A stretch of 64,000 nucleotides of DNA, from positions 384,560 through 448,559 of the forward strand of contig NMRA01000346.1 in assembly GCA_002633005.1 (NCBI GenBank), read 5' to 3'. Positions 1 to 13,255 of this stretch are shown here, piece after piece. Position 1 is the first letter of the stretch. The number at the start of each line of letters is the position of its first letter. The DNA is from Phoronis australis. Lineage: Eukaryota; Animalia; Phoronida. The notes under the pieces were generated by a model, which was not told the origin of the DNA, did no database searches, and saw only the letters and a list, made by a program, of their open reading frames with translations. The translations under genes were made by a program, and so were the position numbers.

Positions 1-512
1 GTTTTTCTCGGCTCGTGATTTCAGGATAGTGACAAGATTCTCGGGCCTATTTTTCCACAACACGTGCGTCAATTTTTACGAAAGTTGCAAATTTGAAATC
101 CTCTAGGACTGAAGTAAAATCGCGTGCCAGGGTTTTTTGATAAATGGACCAGATTTTTAGTAATTAGACGGAAAGTGACCAAATGACAAAAAGTGGCGTG
201 CTTGCCCCAACTCACACACAAAAAATGCCACAAAATCAAGATCATAATGATTTTGTACATATATTTGGTATGGATAAGTAGAATATTTCGTAAGGAAACA
301 GTTGATGATGATCCCTGTGCATTTTGAAAAAAATTCGAGGTAAAATTGGATTTTTTGAAAATTAAAAAATACGATATTTTAAAAAAATGAACTACAAAAA
401 AAACTTTTTTTTCGATTTTTGTCACTTTCAGAGTCATGTCTAACTAGTTAAAACTTCCTTTTTACTCATTTGAGTTAGGAACATGGAGATTTGATCAGTG
501 TATACACCTACC
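1..512. mobile_element. Probable right arm of a Kolobok-like non-autonomous DNA transposon
   Basis: Ends ...CACCTACC followed by TTAA (513-516), the terminus pattern of Kolobok elements. The partner end would lie outside the window. Confidence 0.3.
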
Positions 513-928
513 TTAAACCGTACTCGCATTGCACTACATTTGTTGTCTAGTGGTCAGTAGTAAATTCTCGGCAACTTGAGATACACGTATATTTTAGGGA
601 TCTTTGCTCCCATGGTGAGAGAACATAATTAACTCAAGCTGTCCTAATCAACAATAAAGGTCACAAAAATGACTACTTTAAGCAGAAGTGGTTCCATATT
701 TCACTGAGAATCATGGATTAAAGACATCTTTCACTGGATAGAATTTGAATTAAGGCTAGTCGAGCATGAGTCTGAAGTTTTCAGTAAATTTAGGAACCAC
801 AGTGATCTGGTCAAAGTTGTATCAAGGAGTGTAGTATAGGAGAATTCACTTGCCAGTTCGCTGTTACCGGTACTACTAGCCCCGCCAAGTGGTGACTAAG
901 CAACTGTCAACCAGGAAGCTCCAAAACA

Positions 929-2328
929 ATGGGGAATGACGCATTTTGCAGTGCGATAAATTGCATGAATTCATCCACGAAAACCCCAGACGTGTCATTT
1001 TTAGGTTTCTTAAGGATCCAGAAAGGTAAGGATTATCTGATATTGGCTTTCATTTTGTGTGTTCTGTTCACGGTTGTTAGACAAGTCGATCGCATGCAGT
1101 CCAGTTGCCACTGTTGTCTGCACTGAGTGTATGCTAGGCCTACTGTACAGCCGGGCTGCCGGGAGAAGTACTATGATGAATGTACGATGTAATCGTCAGC
1201 TTTTTGGATACTTGCAGTCCATGAATTCCAAATCAAAATGTCACCCGTACAATCGCAGGGATAATTTTAGGAAAACATACCCATGCCGATGGCCATGGGT
1301 AATATGAGTGGTGACATGGCCATGGCACAATCACGGCCACAGCGTCACAAGTCTGTCATGAGTCAAGTTAGAGAATCTGTGGGTCTCGGTGAAAAGGTGA
1401 AAAAATCAACATAATTTTAATGTACCAGTTGGACCAATTAAGTTAAGCAGTGCGTCATTGAAAACTTAATTCTAAGTGTCAATGATGCGGGGGCGCGGCC
1501 CTGTTAAAATATCCGTGGATCGACATTTGAGTCCGAGTTTTTTTAAGTTGGCACCACTCACAGTACGACAAGAATTCTGTAGTGTAGTGTACTTTAGTGT
1601 AGGCTACCAGTCTTCTGTGAACCTATTGAGTATGAGGTTTGTTCCTGAGTCTCTCAGTCATTGATTTCTGTTCAGGTGCAAGCGCTGGGAGCTGACCTTA
1701 TGAATAGAGATGCAGCCCTTTGTCCAAGAACTGCAAGTTATGCTCTCATCACTTCGAAGAGTCCATGTTCATGAATGCAGAACAAGCTGGTATTGACTGC
1801 AATGCCCGAACAANTAATATGAGTGGTGACATGACCATGGTACAATCACAGCCACAGCGTCACAAGTCTGTCATGAGTCAAGTTAGAGAATCTGTGGGTC
1901 TCGGTGAAAAGGTGAAAAAATCAACATAATTTTAATGTACCTGTTGGACCAATTAAGTTAAGCAGTGCGTCATTGAAAACTTAATTCTAAGTGTCAATGA
2001 TGCGTGGATCGACATTTGAGTCCGAGTTTTTTTAAGTTGACACCACTCACAGTACGACAGGAATTCTGTAGTGTAGTGTACTTTAGTGTAGGCTACCAGT
2101 CTTCTGTGAACCTATTGAGTATGAGGTTTGTTCCTGAGTCTCTCAGTCATTGATTTCTGTTCAGGTGCAAGCGCTGGGAGCTGACCTTATGAATAGAGAT
2201 GCAGCCCTTTGTCCAAGAACTGCAAATTATGCTCTCATCACTTCGAGGAGTCCATGTTCATGAATGCAGAACAAGCTGGTATTGACTGCAATGCCCGAAC
2301 AATATTTGATGTTCCGAATCCACCAAAA
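929..2328 (+). pseudogene. Spliced THAP zinc-finger domain remnant (transposase N-terminus)
   Basis: Exon 929-1025 reads MGNDAFCSAINC...SF/FRFLKDPER across a 1-nt frameshift, donor GTAAGG at 1026. Exon from 2165 (duplicate from 1676) reads CKRW...KLCSHHFEESMF...TIFDVPNPP. Together these give the C2CH signature and an AVPTIF-like box. Confidence 0.75.
1300..2302. repeat. Direct duplication (1300-1813 / 1815-2302) around a single N; probable haplotype-overlap assembly artefact
   Basis: Near-identical copies of 514 and 488 bp that differ by SNPs and a 26-bp indel, joined by N at 1814. Confidence 0.85.
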
Positions 2329-5300
2329 ATGAAGATGTCAGGATCAAAAATTCTCCGGAAATTATATTACAGCTCTGGAATAGGTTTTTTGCATTTCTGA
2401 TTATCGTCTCACAAAGCAAGTACTGGAACATCACGTGTAGAAAGGACAATTAGTCAAAATCTGGTTTTCGTATTTTACTAAGGTTGATCAGATTGAAACA
2501 TTTTATGAATGGTTAGCCCGTGATTTGGAGAGAGCCAAAGTGAAACTGATGGATCATTCAGAGTCTGAATGGTGGGATGAAATTTTGTTAAACCCAAGCT
2601 ATCCGTATCATTTTGCTTTTCGATAACAAACACCTCTGTGAGTAAATTAGTTTTCAGCTTTATTTATAACGCATTTCTTTGGCGAAAAGTGCTGCTGTTT
2701 ACTAGGGAATTAATAGAGAGTGACAAGATTGGTCAGATTTTCTTGTTGTATTGGTTGGTGTATGTGTTGCCTATTTTGTACGTTTTTGGAGATTGTGATT
2801 AATTTAAGCCCCAGTTGTGGCTAGGAATCAGATATGATCTTGTGGTCTGGCTTTAACTTTAATACATGAAATATTTACTGTTATTGATAATAGGAACAGT
2901 GGGTATATAAAATAATATTTTGGTTTTATCATCCAAGTCTTTTTAATTCAGTTTTGTATGAAGCAATATGGTTAGTGAATATTTTGATTGCTCTTCAGTA
3001 CCTCATAATTTTTTGTCATGACATTTTGAATTTTGACTAGTTATGATTGATGATATATTCAATGTTACTACGTTTTGTACGTTGTGAGCTATTCTACAGA
3101 TTAGCAACTGACTTGTAACTGTTGGTGAGTGGTAAAGTGGGAATGAGTTTACCCTATACTGGCATATGTCTAAGAAATAATGGAATGTTCTAAAATTGTA
3201 TTACGATTTTGTGGTAGTAATGCATTGCCTTGCTTTCTTCTTCTCACTTGTGTAACACCCACTGCACAAAACAATTGTCTGCATTGCTAGTAGCCTGGTG
3301 CATTGAATGGGGAACACATGCGAAATTGTTGGGTGGAGATGAAACCAGCAGTTAGCTGGGAGCAACATGTTTGTCAATGGTCAGGGGAGCAACCAAAATG
3401 TGTGACGATGGGAGGGGCTCAACACCCATGTGTCATACATATCCATTGGTTTTAACCTGTTTAGCACTCCTCCAATGTAACCCCCTGGGAGGGGGTCAAC
3501 ACCCATTTGGCGCCCACCTGGTTTTTGCCTGGTACCCCCTTAGCTGGCACCTGGGGAGAATTCCCCTCTGAACACCCAGAAGCAATCATTCAAATTATGT
3601 AGTTCATGGAGGCATGAACTGTTATAAGGAACGATAATTGCCTTGTTAAGACCTCAAGCAGGAAACAAAACCATCATGATGATGGATTTTGAAGGGAGCT
3701 TCAAGAGAATAAAAACAAAATACAATTTAATATTGATTAAAATACGCGCTTTCTTTCTTATTCGATTGTAAGTGGATGTTAGTTTATGTATTCTAACCAT
3801 TTTCAATCACCCAGTAATTTTATTGCACGTTGAATGTCATTAAAGTATGAATTTATGAGTGTTTACATTGTTCGGACTGTGCTCCTAACTAAGTGTTGAT
3901 TATTCACCGCTTGGAGCGCTAGTGTTTCGACCGGTAACCATTGCGGCGAATGGAAAAATGGCGGAGTGAACTCTCCTGTACTACTACACTCCGTGGTTGT
4001 ATGAAGTAGAGCAGTCATTACATTTACATGGTAGGGTAGCATTTCTAACGATGAGGATGTATAAAATGCTTCAACACCATAATAAAGATCGTTTCGTACC
4101 CATGTACATCATTGGGGACATCACCGAGAGAAAGGAGTATCAAATGGTCATCATTTTTTGGTGTTTGCCCACCTGTCCAAAATTGTGTCGTGTAAAATCA
4201 GTAGCGCCTCATTCTTTCTGATGGTAAAAACCAACTGTTGTGTTGGTACAGAGAATTTGGAGACAAATATGCGAGTTATATTTCGCGATTCCAATTTTAT
4301 GACGTAAAAAAGAATGACGTGTATATAGAACACTTCAAATTAAAGCCATATTTCTTAACCAGTGAATCACTGCTGAGACTATTGTATTTCAACAACCTTT
4401 CTTATCTTTTATTTCATTAAAACATTGTTGCATGTTGTTAGGCTAATGGATACATCAAAGTATCAAGACAGCCATGCTACATGTATAAATTCCTTTCGTT
4501 TGTCAAACTTCTGGATTCAGAAGGATATGCGCCTGTGTCGCAAAAGGCCAGCTACCTGGGGAGATAAACATTGAATGTCAATTACAGTAGCTGGCGGGAG
4601 AGGGTGTGACTGCGTCGTGGGTCAACGACACGGGGAGAGAAACAAATGTCAATTACAGGAGCTGGTGCGGGAGGGCATAAAAAGCTCCGCTGATCACAAT
4701 TTCGCACTTTCCATTGCTGGCTACGGGTATGGACAAGAAAGTAAGTAAATTAGGAAAACATGTGTTCGGTCACTTATGAACAGATTCAGTTTATGAAATA
4801 AAAGTCTTGGTCCATCCAGGCATACAATTATTAAATTCAATGTCCTAGAAGAGAGAAACTGCGTCCGGGCACGAGTTTTTGCGTTGCGGAACACCTGGCG
4901 GATACTGTCATTCCACTGAAGCAGACGAGATCACGAATCTTATACCACCGTGTTAGTTAAGGGGAGGATTGAGCACTTCGACATATATGGCTTCTTTTAC
5001 CCCTCTTTCGTGCCACTTCTTTTCTCTAAAGTTTTGATGGCAAAACCATGTTAGAAGCAAACAATACACATCACAGTCGCCCAAAACTATCACTGGTCAT
5101 TGTTTGGGGGGTTGCCAATCTCGAAACTTCGAATTATTAATGATTTAAGTTCCCTTAACACTTCCTTATGATAATGTGGTAACTACGTGAGCACCATTTG
5201 TTACGTATATCTAATATGGTTTGCATTAGCCAATGAAATCAAGAAGCACATGAAGAATACATCAGTTTACCATCTGTAGCAATGCGGAGGAAAGAAAACG

Positions 5301-7305
5301 AAAACTTGAAACACAAAATGCCCGCTACAGGCGAATGATATATTTTCGGAAAATACTCGTCTGAGAAATGCAATGCTCCGGACTAGAAGGTTATAAACCT
5401 GCATTCGAGTTTATGGCCATTGCATTTCTTCGGAAATATAAGGTCAGTTGATATTTTTCTTGTGTTTACTGCCAATTAGCCATGATCTGAACCATCACAG
5501 TTAATTAAGTATTGACTGACTAAAACCATTTCATGAAATATTGGATTAAATAATAAAACAAATTACGACTTGTTGCAAAGGTCACAAAAAATGGCATAGA
5601 TCGAAATTATATGTTCCAAAGAAAATTTAAAATTGGATGACCTTTTCTTGGAATATAATCCTTATTGGTTGGAATTTCTGGCATGCACAGACATGCTCGA
5701 AGTTCTTGGAGGAGTTGAAAGTCAAATCAGCAGAACTATACATTAGGTTGCTGTTTCAGCAAAAGTCTCCTTTGAATTTCGTACGTGGGGAATTTGCGAC
5801 CTAAGTATTTTATTGACGTTAGCGACACATGTAACCATCTCGTTGCACAGCACACTCAATTAACAAATCCTGCAAAAGTACTCAAACTGAAAGACATATT
5901 ATGTTCTTTATTAATACACGATCTTCTATGAAGTACAAATGATGTAGTTAAATAATGTTTGAGAATAATGGAACATGGGTTTGAAAAACGTAATAGGCAA
6001 TGTGAATATTTTACCAAAGAAGATGGAAAAAGTCTTTATGCTGAATTTTTGTACCTTTTAAATTTACGCTTTAGAACTGTGTTTACATATTTTAAAAATA
6101 AATATAGAAAAATGACTGATTTTACTACCAGCTTAAAGGCATATCCAATAAAACAAAAGCAATGCTATGCCAGGAAATGTGTTGCAGAAAATGTTATTTT
6201 TTGTTGTTTAGACAATTGCACTTCATTTTTTACAAAATACAAAATATCTTGGGAACAATGCAAGTTTTTTTTTGCCAACGGCTAAATCTAATCATGTGGT
6301 TCTCTCCGTAAAACACCATGAACACGCTACACTGTAGCAACATCATCGGCCTTGCCTAGAATGCTTGTGATGAATGTGAACATCCACTGTCGTGGTAACC
6401 TTTTATTGGACGCTATATTGCTAATTGTTAATAATGGAACACTTTTGATAAAGCCAGCAAAAAGTAATTGCTTTGTTCATTTAATTACATTGTATGTTTT
6501 TTATACAGAGTTTATTTTTACTGAAGAAGCAGTTAAAATGATTACATGCGGTGGTTGCCATGGGAACTGTTTTTGGATTTTCAAAATAGTACTAGTGGTT
6601 TTGACATGTAGTTAAGCGAAATAAACTAGTAGGTCACGGATTCCGAGAGTGGGTAGATCATTTAGACTTGTACTCCTACGTAATAAACAGGGCGACTGCA
6701 CCGTTTCGTTTATACATGTATGTGACCTGTATGAAGAATCTGGCTGAAGCAGTGTAACCCTGCTATCATAGTGACAGCGAGAAACATGACAGAATTAATA
6801 CAATCCGGAGAAATATCAGAAATCCCGTTTGTGACTGAGTTGGACTGGCCTGTCGGTAATGTGGTGAGAGGACTTTTTTAGATACTACTGCCAACCTGTT
6901 CGGCACTTCTCTTTTGACGCAAATACGATGCCCTGAAAAAAATAGTCAGTTAACAGGGAGGCATGAACTCAGATGTCATTGTCTCTGTGTCCATTTGGTA
7001 GTTAGTTCACTGTAATTAACTTGGCCTAGTTATTGTCAAAAACGGAACTGGGACATTGCAAACTACTAAACGAAGGATAGACAAGGGAAATGCTACGCAC
7101 AACGCCAATAACACGTCACGCGTTATTTAATACACGCTACGCAGGCCTAGGTCAACGAGTTACCAGAACAAGTCAACAAACTGATGAACTAGAAATTTCA
7201 TAGTATACATGGTGTGTGACGGTCATTGGAGCACTGAGATATATTAGTGTCCCCAAGACAGTTGAAGGCCCAATAATTTTTTGAGCCACTGTTGAATATA
7301 GGTAC

Positions 7306-7650
7306 CTACCCCAGTTTCACTGAAAATTGGCGCCCGCTCGACTGGCTGGGCATTTTAAAGGAGAATGCCACCCGATTTAATTAGTCTTTTTTGCCGTCTC
7401 AATCGGTCTATATCCACATCGCCTCGCATACGGTCGACCTTACCTTGCCAAGAGGTGTCGCGTTAACCTGTGAGGAANCTACCCCAGTTTCACTGAAAAT
7501 TGGCGCCCGCTGGACTGGCTGGGCATTTTAAAGGAGAATGCCACCCGATTTAATTAGTCTTTTTTGCCTTCTCAATCGGTCTATATCCACATCGCCTCGC
7601 ATACGGTCGACCTTACCTTGCCAAGAGGTGTCGCGTTAACCTGCGAGGAA
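7306..7650. repeat. Direct duplication (7306-7477 / 7479-7650) around a single N; probable assembly artefact
   Basis: Two 172-bp near-identical copies joined by N at 7478. Confidence 0.85.
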
Positions 7651-8261
7651 GGTGAGAAACGACGCTAGCGACGTCAGTGGTTCATATGCAGAATGAATGC
7701 CGCTATGTTGCGGTGCATCGTTCCCACTTGTCCGAACTAAGCAACTGCGAGGAAAGTGGGCATATCGTTTTTTTATTTCCTCGAGTGTCCGAAATGCTTA
7801 GGAAGTGGCTCATGATAGTGAAGAATGAAAAGTACGCTGTGAATAGCAAGTATGAGGCCGTGAAACGTCTCCGTGTCTGTTGCCTGCAGACGTAGACAGT
7901 GCCTGACGAATGCCGGCTTACCAAACAAGAGCAACGCAGAGCGTTGAAATGCGCCCACAATTGCACCGTATACGGTATCCTTCTAGGGTTGTTTTTGGCC
8001 AGTAGAGGGCATATATGTAGTATGTTGTACTTTGCAAAATGGAAAGGCATGGTCATTGCTCCTCAATAGGCTAGGGGCAAATTGTGAGTGATCTTCATAA
8101 TACAAGCACATCCTATACATCAGTTGCTTAAAGCACCACAGAAACATAGAATTAAAAACAAATTTACCAACATACGAGATTAGCACAGCATTAGAATGCC
8201 AGAAACAAATTTCTACTCGGAACTTTTCCTTCATAGTCACGAAGTAATACAAAGTATACAC

Positions 8262-8444
8262 CTGAAGACCTATGAAAATACAGAGGTCAATCTAAAATAC
8301 TTAAATTGCCATTAGAGGCATACCGGTTGTCAGAATCATCCTAAAGTCGGCATCGTCCGTTGTCAACATCACATTAATACACTTGCTAAATTTAGTAAAG
8401 ATCCTGCAAACGGTTTGGGAGATACAGCCATGGGTGCAAAAAAA
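8262..8444 (-). repeat. Fragment of the Helentron-associated tandem-repeat family seen at 58809-60521
   Basis: The reverse complement matches the repeat unit (ATGGCTGTATCTCCCAAACCGTTTGCAGGATCTTTACTAAATTTAGCAAGTGTATT). It runs directly into the N gap. Confidence 0.75.
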
Positions 8445-8884
8445 NNNNNNNNNNNNNNNNNNNNNNNNNNNNNNNNNNNNNNNNNNNNNNNNNNNNNNNN
8501 NNNNNNNNNNNNNNNNNNNNNNNNNNNNNNNNNNNNNNNNNNNNNNNNNNNNNNNNNNNNNNNNNNNNNNNNNNNNNNNNNNNNNNNNNNNNNNNNNNNN
8601 NNNNNNNNNNNNNNNNNNNNNNNNNNNNNNNNNNNNNNNNNNNNNNNNNNNNNNNNNNNNNNNNNNNNNNNNNNNNNNNNNNNNNNNNNNNNNNNNNNNN
8701 NNNNNNNNNNNNNNNNNNNNNNNNNNNNNNNNNNNNNNNNNNNNNNNNNNNNNNNNNNNNNNNNNNNNNNNNNNNNNNNNNNNNNNNNNNNNNNNNNNNN
8801 NNNNNNNNNNNNNNNNNNNNNNNNNNNNNNNNNNNNNNNNNNNNNNNNNNNNNNNNNNNNNNNNNNNNNNNNNNNNNNNNNNNN
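8445..8884. other. Assembly gap (440 N)
   Basis: Run of N. Confidence 1.
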
Positions 8885-11148
8885 GATTTAAGAAGCCGGC
8901 AATGAATAAATCACTGCGTTACCGGCTGTGCAATAAAACTAATTGACGGGACACCTAGGCCGTGTGAGCTCATGCTAATTTAGTGTTAGCTGGCAGAAAC
9001 TGTTGTGAAACAATTCGATTTCCATCCCACGGCCAGGTGTTAGGGGAATCTTTTTTTACATTACTCAAATAATGATTGTCAATGTACAACTTCTGCCCTG
9101 ACGGTGCTGTGGCCAAAGCGGAACCTGAATTCGCGGCCCCCGACGAGTAAGTAGATTTGCAGCTTCGTGGCTAATTCACCAACAAAATCAGGTGCACATT
9201 ACTTTGGCTCACTAGTATAGTATTTCCTTGACTGGAAGTTTAGTTTCCACTGAACTTTGGCTGGTTTATGTTCGTGATGTCTGATCAGTTTCCGAGACAC
9301 TGGCGGGGGATACCGAGTCAATCCGGCCGGCCGCGACGGGCCTGATCGGGCTCCGAACCACTGGCCAGGCTAACAAGCGTTCTGTGTTTAGAACTCAAAA
9401 AAATCACAAGTCTAAACAACACAGATCTAGGTTCTCCTGTCTGTATCTCACAAAAATACTTCGAAATTATCTCCGAACAGATCCCAAACTCCTGCTACGG
9501 ATTTTATTGGCCTGCCGAACTTTGTAGGCTACGGTGTGTCCAAATACCAATAAATCAGTAAGAGCGAAATAAAACAACACGTTTTAAAAACACTCGGTAT
9601 ATTTTTAAGGGTTTTACATCGAAGTTTGATGATTTATTGGTGTTAAACGATGACTTCAAGCGATAAGCTGACACCAGTAACCCGTGTTGTGAGCTGCTGA
9701 ACAGACTGCGTGTGAAACCGATGACGTCATTGGATAATTTCAACACCTCCGTCTGCCGTCAGGTGTCAGGTAACGCAACCGTACGTGTCGTTATGGAGTA
9801 GAACTACTCGATATAAATTGATACAAATTAGGTTGTTTTTGGGTGGCTCGCTCCTTTAAGTTATGTTGCAGGTGAAGGCTATGACTCAATGGCATTTGCT
9901 TGATTTTTTGTTCTGTTCTGAGTGAAGATTGCGAGTTGTTGACTCCTCCCACTCAATTATTTCCCAGACGTCCCTTTTCTTAAACGTTTATTGCTTGAAG
10001 GCGGGAAGTTGAAACTGAGCATAAGAAATTCAGTACCCTTTAGACACATTGGATTTATAAAAAATCTGACTACTCGACAACCACTTTTTAACTGATTTCT
10101 GTAATCTGCAAAGTTTATACAGACTGGATTATAACTCACTGTCTCCCAGTTCGTAGTAATCGCCTATATACATGTAGTAGCTTTTGAGAGAAAACTGCTG
10201 TTTTGGTGTATGTGGGTCGTTTGATGTAGTCAGCTGCAGTTCTGAGTAGTCGCAAAGAATGGAAATTGGAATCAGTTTCAGGCCCAGTATTGTTCACATT
10301 TTCAGGTTTTGTAGGCCTACATCGTGTTCAACAGACTGTGAACCAGTCACAAAGACCAGATTTCTCAACCCCAAGTTAACAAAAACTGTTGAGTGCCACC
10401 TTAAACTGTTTCAGGAGGATTCATGGTCATATTCGAAAATAGCTGCGGCTATGGCGGACTTTTTGAGACCCGGTCTCGAAGTTTTCTATCGTCTTGGAAA
10501 TGCGGCGTTCATTCTCACTTCATTCTGGTTTTGGTGTATCAACAACAGAAAATTATCAAGTAAGCTTGTTTTCAGAACCAAGTCAAGGCTCAGCCTTCAT
10601 TGTGAGCTTTGATGAATGGGTCTTGGTTGTATTACTTGTATAATATCAACGCGAGACCAATGTAGTGCACTGAAGGATGACCGACATAGTTTTAAAAACT
10701 TAGTCAATAACGCACGCCTGAAATCCCGCCGTAAGCCGTTCTGGGAAGGCTAGCTCGTCTGTTGACGGTATTCATCTCTTCGAAAGGGACGCATGTTACA
10801 ATTTTAAGTGCGGTGCTCCCAACTGGCTTAATCTGTAGTTTGGGATTTGAGGAAATAATTACACGAACACGTAGTATATTGACCCTTTGGCGTAAAGTGA
10901 ACAGAAGCGAACATGAAAGAGACGCGATTTCCTGGTTCGCGAAATACAGTACTATCAGGAAAGTCTATCAGAGCAAATAAGTCCACGGGTTTGATTGTGC
11001 CCGAGAGAAAATATCAAAAGAATTGCATGTTGCAATAGCCTACAACGCTGACGATGTAAAATGATACTCCTCCCTGGGTTTTAACGGCTTACACAGAATC
11101 TGCCGGAAGATACTGAAATTTGCAGGAAAATTTCGCAAATTGCAATTG

Positions 11149-11549
11149 TTTATGCTTTTTTGCTTTCAATGTCATAAAGCGAAGTTCCGTGTCATTCAGT
11201 TATTTTTGATCCAAGACCAAAAATTTGGTTTGTGCTTAATTCATTTTATGACGTTTTGGAGCAAAACGGAAGCAAAAAGAGAGGAAAAAACAAGCCCTNT
11301 TTATGCTTTTTTGCTTTCAATGTCATAAAGCGAAGTTCCGTGTCATTCAGTTATTTTTGATCCAAGACCAAAAATGTACAATACAAACTTAAAACATATG
11401 GATACTGGGATTTGTTTACTTTCAAAAATAGAAATCGTGCAGAACAGCTGATATCTGGAACACGTTGTGATTAATTTGGTTTGTGCTTAATTCATTTTAT
11501 GACGTTTTGGAGCAAAACGGAAGCAAAAAGAGAGGAAAAAACAAGCCCT
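11149..11549. repeat. Direct duplication around a single N (11149-11298 / 11300-11549) with a 100-bp indel
   Basis: Copies of 150 and 250 bp joined by N at 11299. Confidence 0.8.
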
Positions 11550-12860
11550 GGCACGAGAATCACCACTTAGCCACTGATTAAAATAAAGAGCGTTTTATTG
11601 TACTGTTTCTAATAAAGACGTGGACTTGAAAAGTTGAAAAATAATCTCAAGCCACACTCGTGTGTTTCGTTAGTGCTCTGAGAATCTCTGAGAACTTCGT
11701 GACTGGTGGGAAGACAACGTGACGTCATCTTGAAACACGTATTGTGCCCAAACAAGTTTTATGCACAGTGTTTTCTAACCTTTATGGGAGATCTGATCGT
11801 AGGTGCTGTATCACAAATGAGAAGATTTAGTAATTTTATCTTCCTTTTACAGTTGGAAACACAGTTTATGGCGAAGAGCACTAATCCGTTACCGCGAAGT
11901 GAATCCATGTTTATGTTTTTCAAGTGCACGCAGGGTTCAAGTTTTTTTTTTTTCCACCCAGGTATTTGTAATATATCTACGCGTACGTTTACATGTACAA
12001 TACCAAGGAAGTTTATTCTCATCTACTTAGAAAATACAGTTTTAAGTTTGACATTGAATTTTTGACGGTGTAATAACAAAGGGGCAGCCAAGGTTGAATG
12101 ACACTGGATTCGGCTTCCAAAGAAGGTGGAAAAACCCAAGTAGGCTTATATTCAAGCCGTCACTTACGACGTGTCTCTTAGTATTGTGCATGTAGTGTTA
12201 CATATATCTTTCGAATAAAAATTCTTTTTACACGTACCTGTACATTTTGGCTAAAACTGACGAAATAGTATCTTTAACGCATCGTCTATTCCCGCTTTTA
12301 GCTCTCTTCTACATTCACAAATCAGTACACAAATTCAGGTTTGTTTTAGAGAAGAGACAAGTTAAACGTTAGTTGGTGAACGACGAGTGTGTGTGACAGC
12401 GGTCGTCAACAACGCAGTGTAACTTGAATTAGCATAGATTGAATACAGTAAAAATACCTATGGACAATTTGTAGAACAATGGGTGATCACGAAGCTTCAG
12501 GATCATACCTACTGTGATTTTTTCGCAGAAATGATGATTTGAAATTTGTTGGTGCTTCCAGTAAATAATCGGGGACTGTCCCTTACTAATGCTGTAGTAC
12601 CGGTATTTTGGTACAAAATGAACGCACAACCGCAGTATTTGGTGAAAGCGTAAAGTATTTTTTCATTTCCCGTGGTACGTATTATACAGGTAGTTGTCGA
12701 TTAATGTTTTTCTCACGAAAAGAATTCGAACGAAGTCTCGATATATCTCGAATTCGCGAAAGTTGACGCAATACCCTTTCCTCTTTCTGCAACTAGAGGG
12801 AGCGAGGAGAGAGAAAGGTAATGAGAGGGCGAGCCGGGAGGAAGAGCGGAGGGGGAGGGG

Positions 12861-13255
12861 GAGCAGAAGGCAGAAGGCATGTCTTAAAAATGCCTGGGAC
12901 ACAAAAACTCGTGGCAAATCGTGAGGATACTAACGTGAGAGTTACTCACCTTGGATTCTGCAAGAATGCCATGAAAAAATTTGTCAGATTCATTTTTTAA
13001 AACACGGACGGAATATAAATTTTTTCATCCCAACCCAGGTTTCAAATGCCCCATCCTNGAGCAGAAGGCAGAAGGCATGTCTTAAAAATGCCTGGGACAC
13101 AAAAACTCGTGGCAAATCGTGATGATACTAACGTGAGAGTTACTCACCTTGGATTCTGCAAGAATGCCATGAAAAAAATTGTCAGATTCATTTTTTAAAA
13201 CACGGACGGAATATAAATTTTTTCATCCCAACCCAGGTTTCAAATGCCCCATCCT
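12861..13255. repeat. Direct duplication around a single N (12861-13057 / 13059-13255)
   Basis: Two 197-bp near-identical copies joined by N at 13058. The second ends at CC|TTAA. Confidence 0.85.

Larger units (their letters stand above)
823..3995 (+). mobile_element. P-superfamily (THAP9/Galileo-like) DNA transposon, non-autonomous derivative
   Basis: Left end CAAGGAGTGTAGTATAGGAGAATTCACT (823-850) matches the reverse complement of the right end CACGGAGTGTAGTAGTACAGGAGAGTTCACT (3965-3995). Identical 7-bp flanks GTTGTAT at 816-822 and 3996-4002. Internal THAP remnant. Confidence 0.8.
7532..9855 (+). mobile_element. Kolobok-like DNA transposon with THAP remnant (spans the assembly gap)
   Basis: TTAA|AGGAGAATGCCACCC at 7528-7546 and GGGTGGCTCGCTCCT|TTAA at 9841-9859 form imperfect TIRs with a TTAA target site. 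Frameshifted THAP motif at ~7698-7890 (CIVPTC...FLFPRVSEMLRKW...LRVCCL). Confidence 0.6.

Noticed and set aside
8383-8946. 187-aa and 158-aa ORFs in the ORF track
   Set aside because: They are open only because they run through the N gap.
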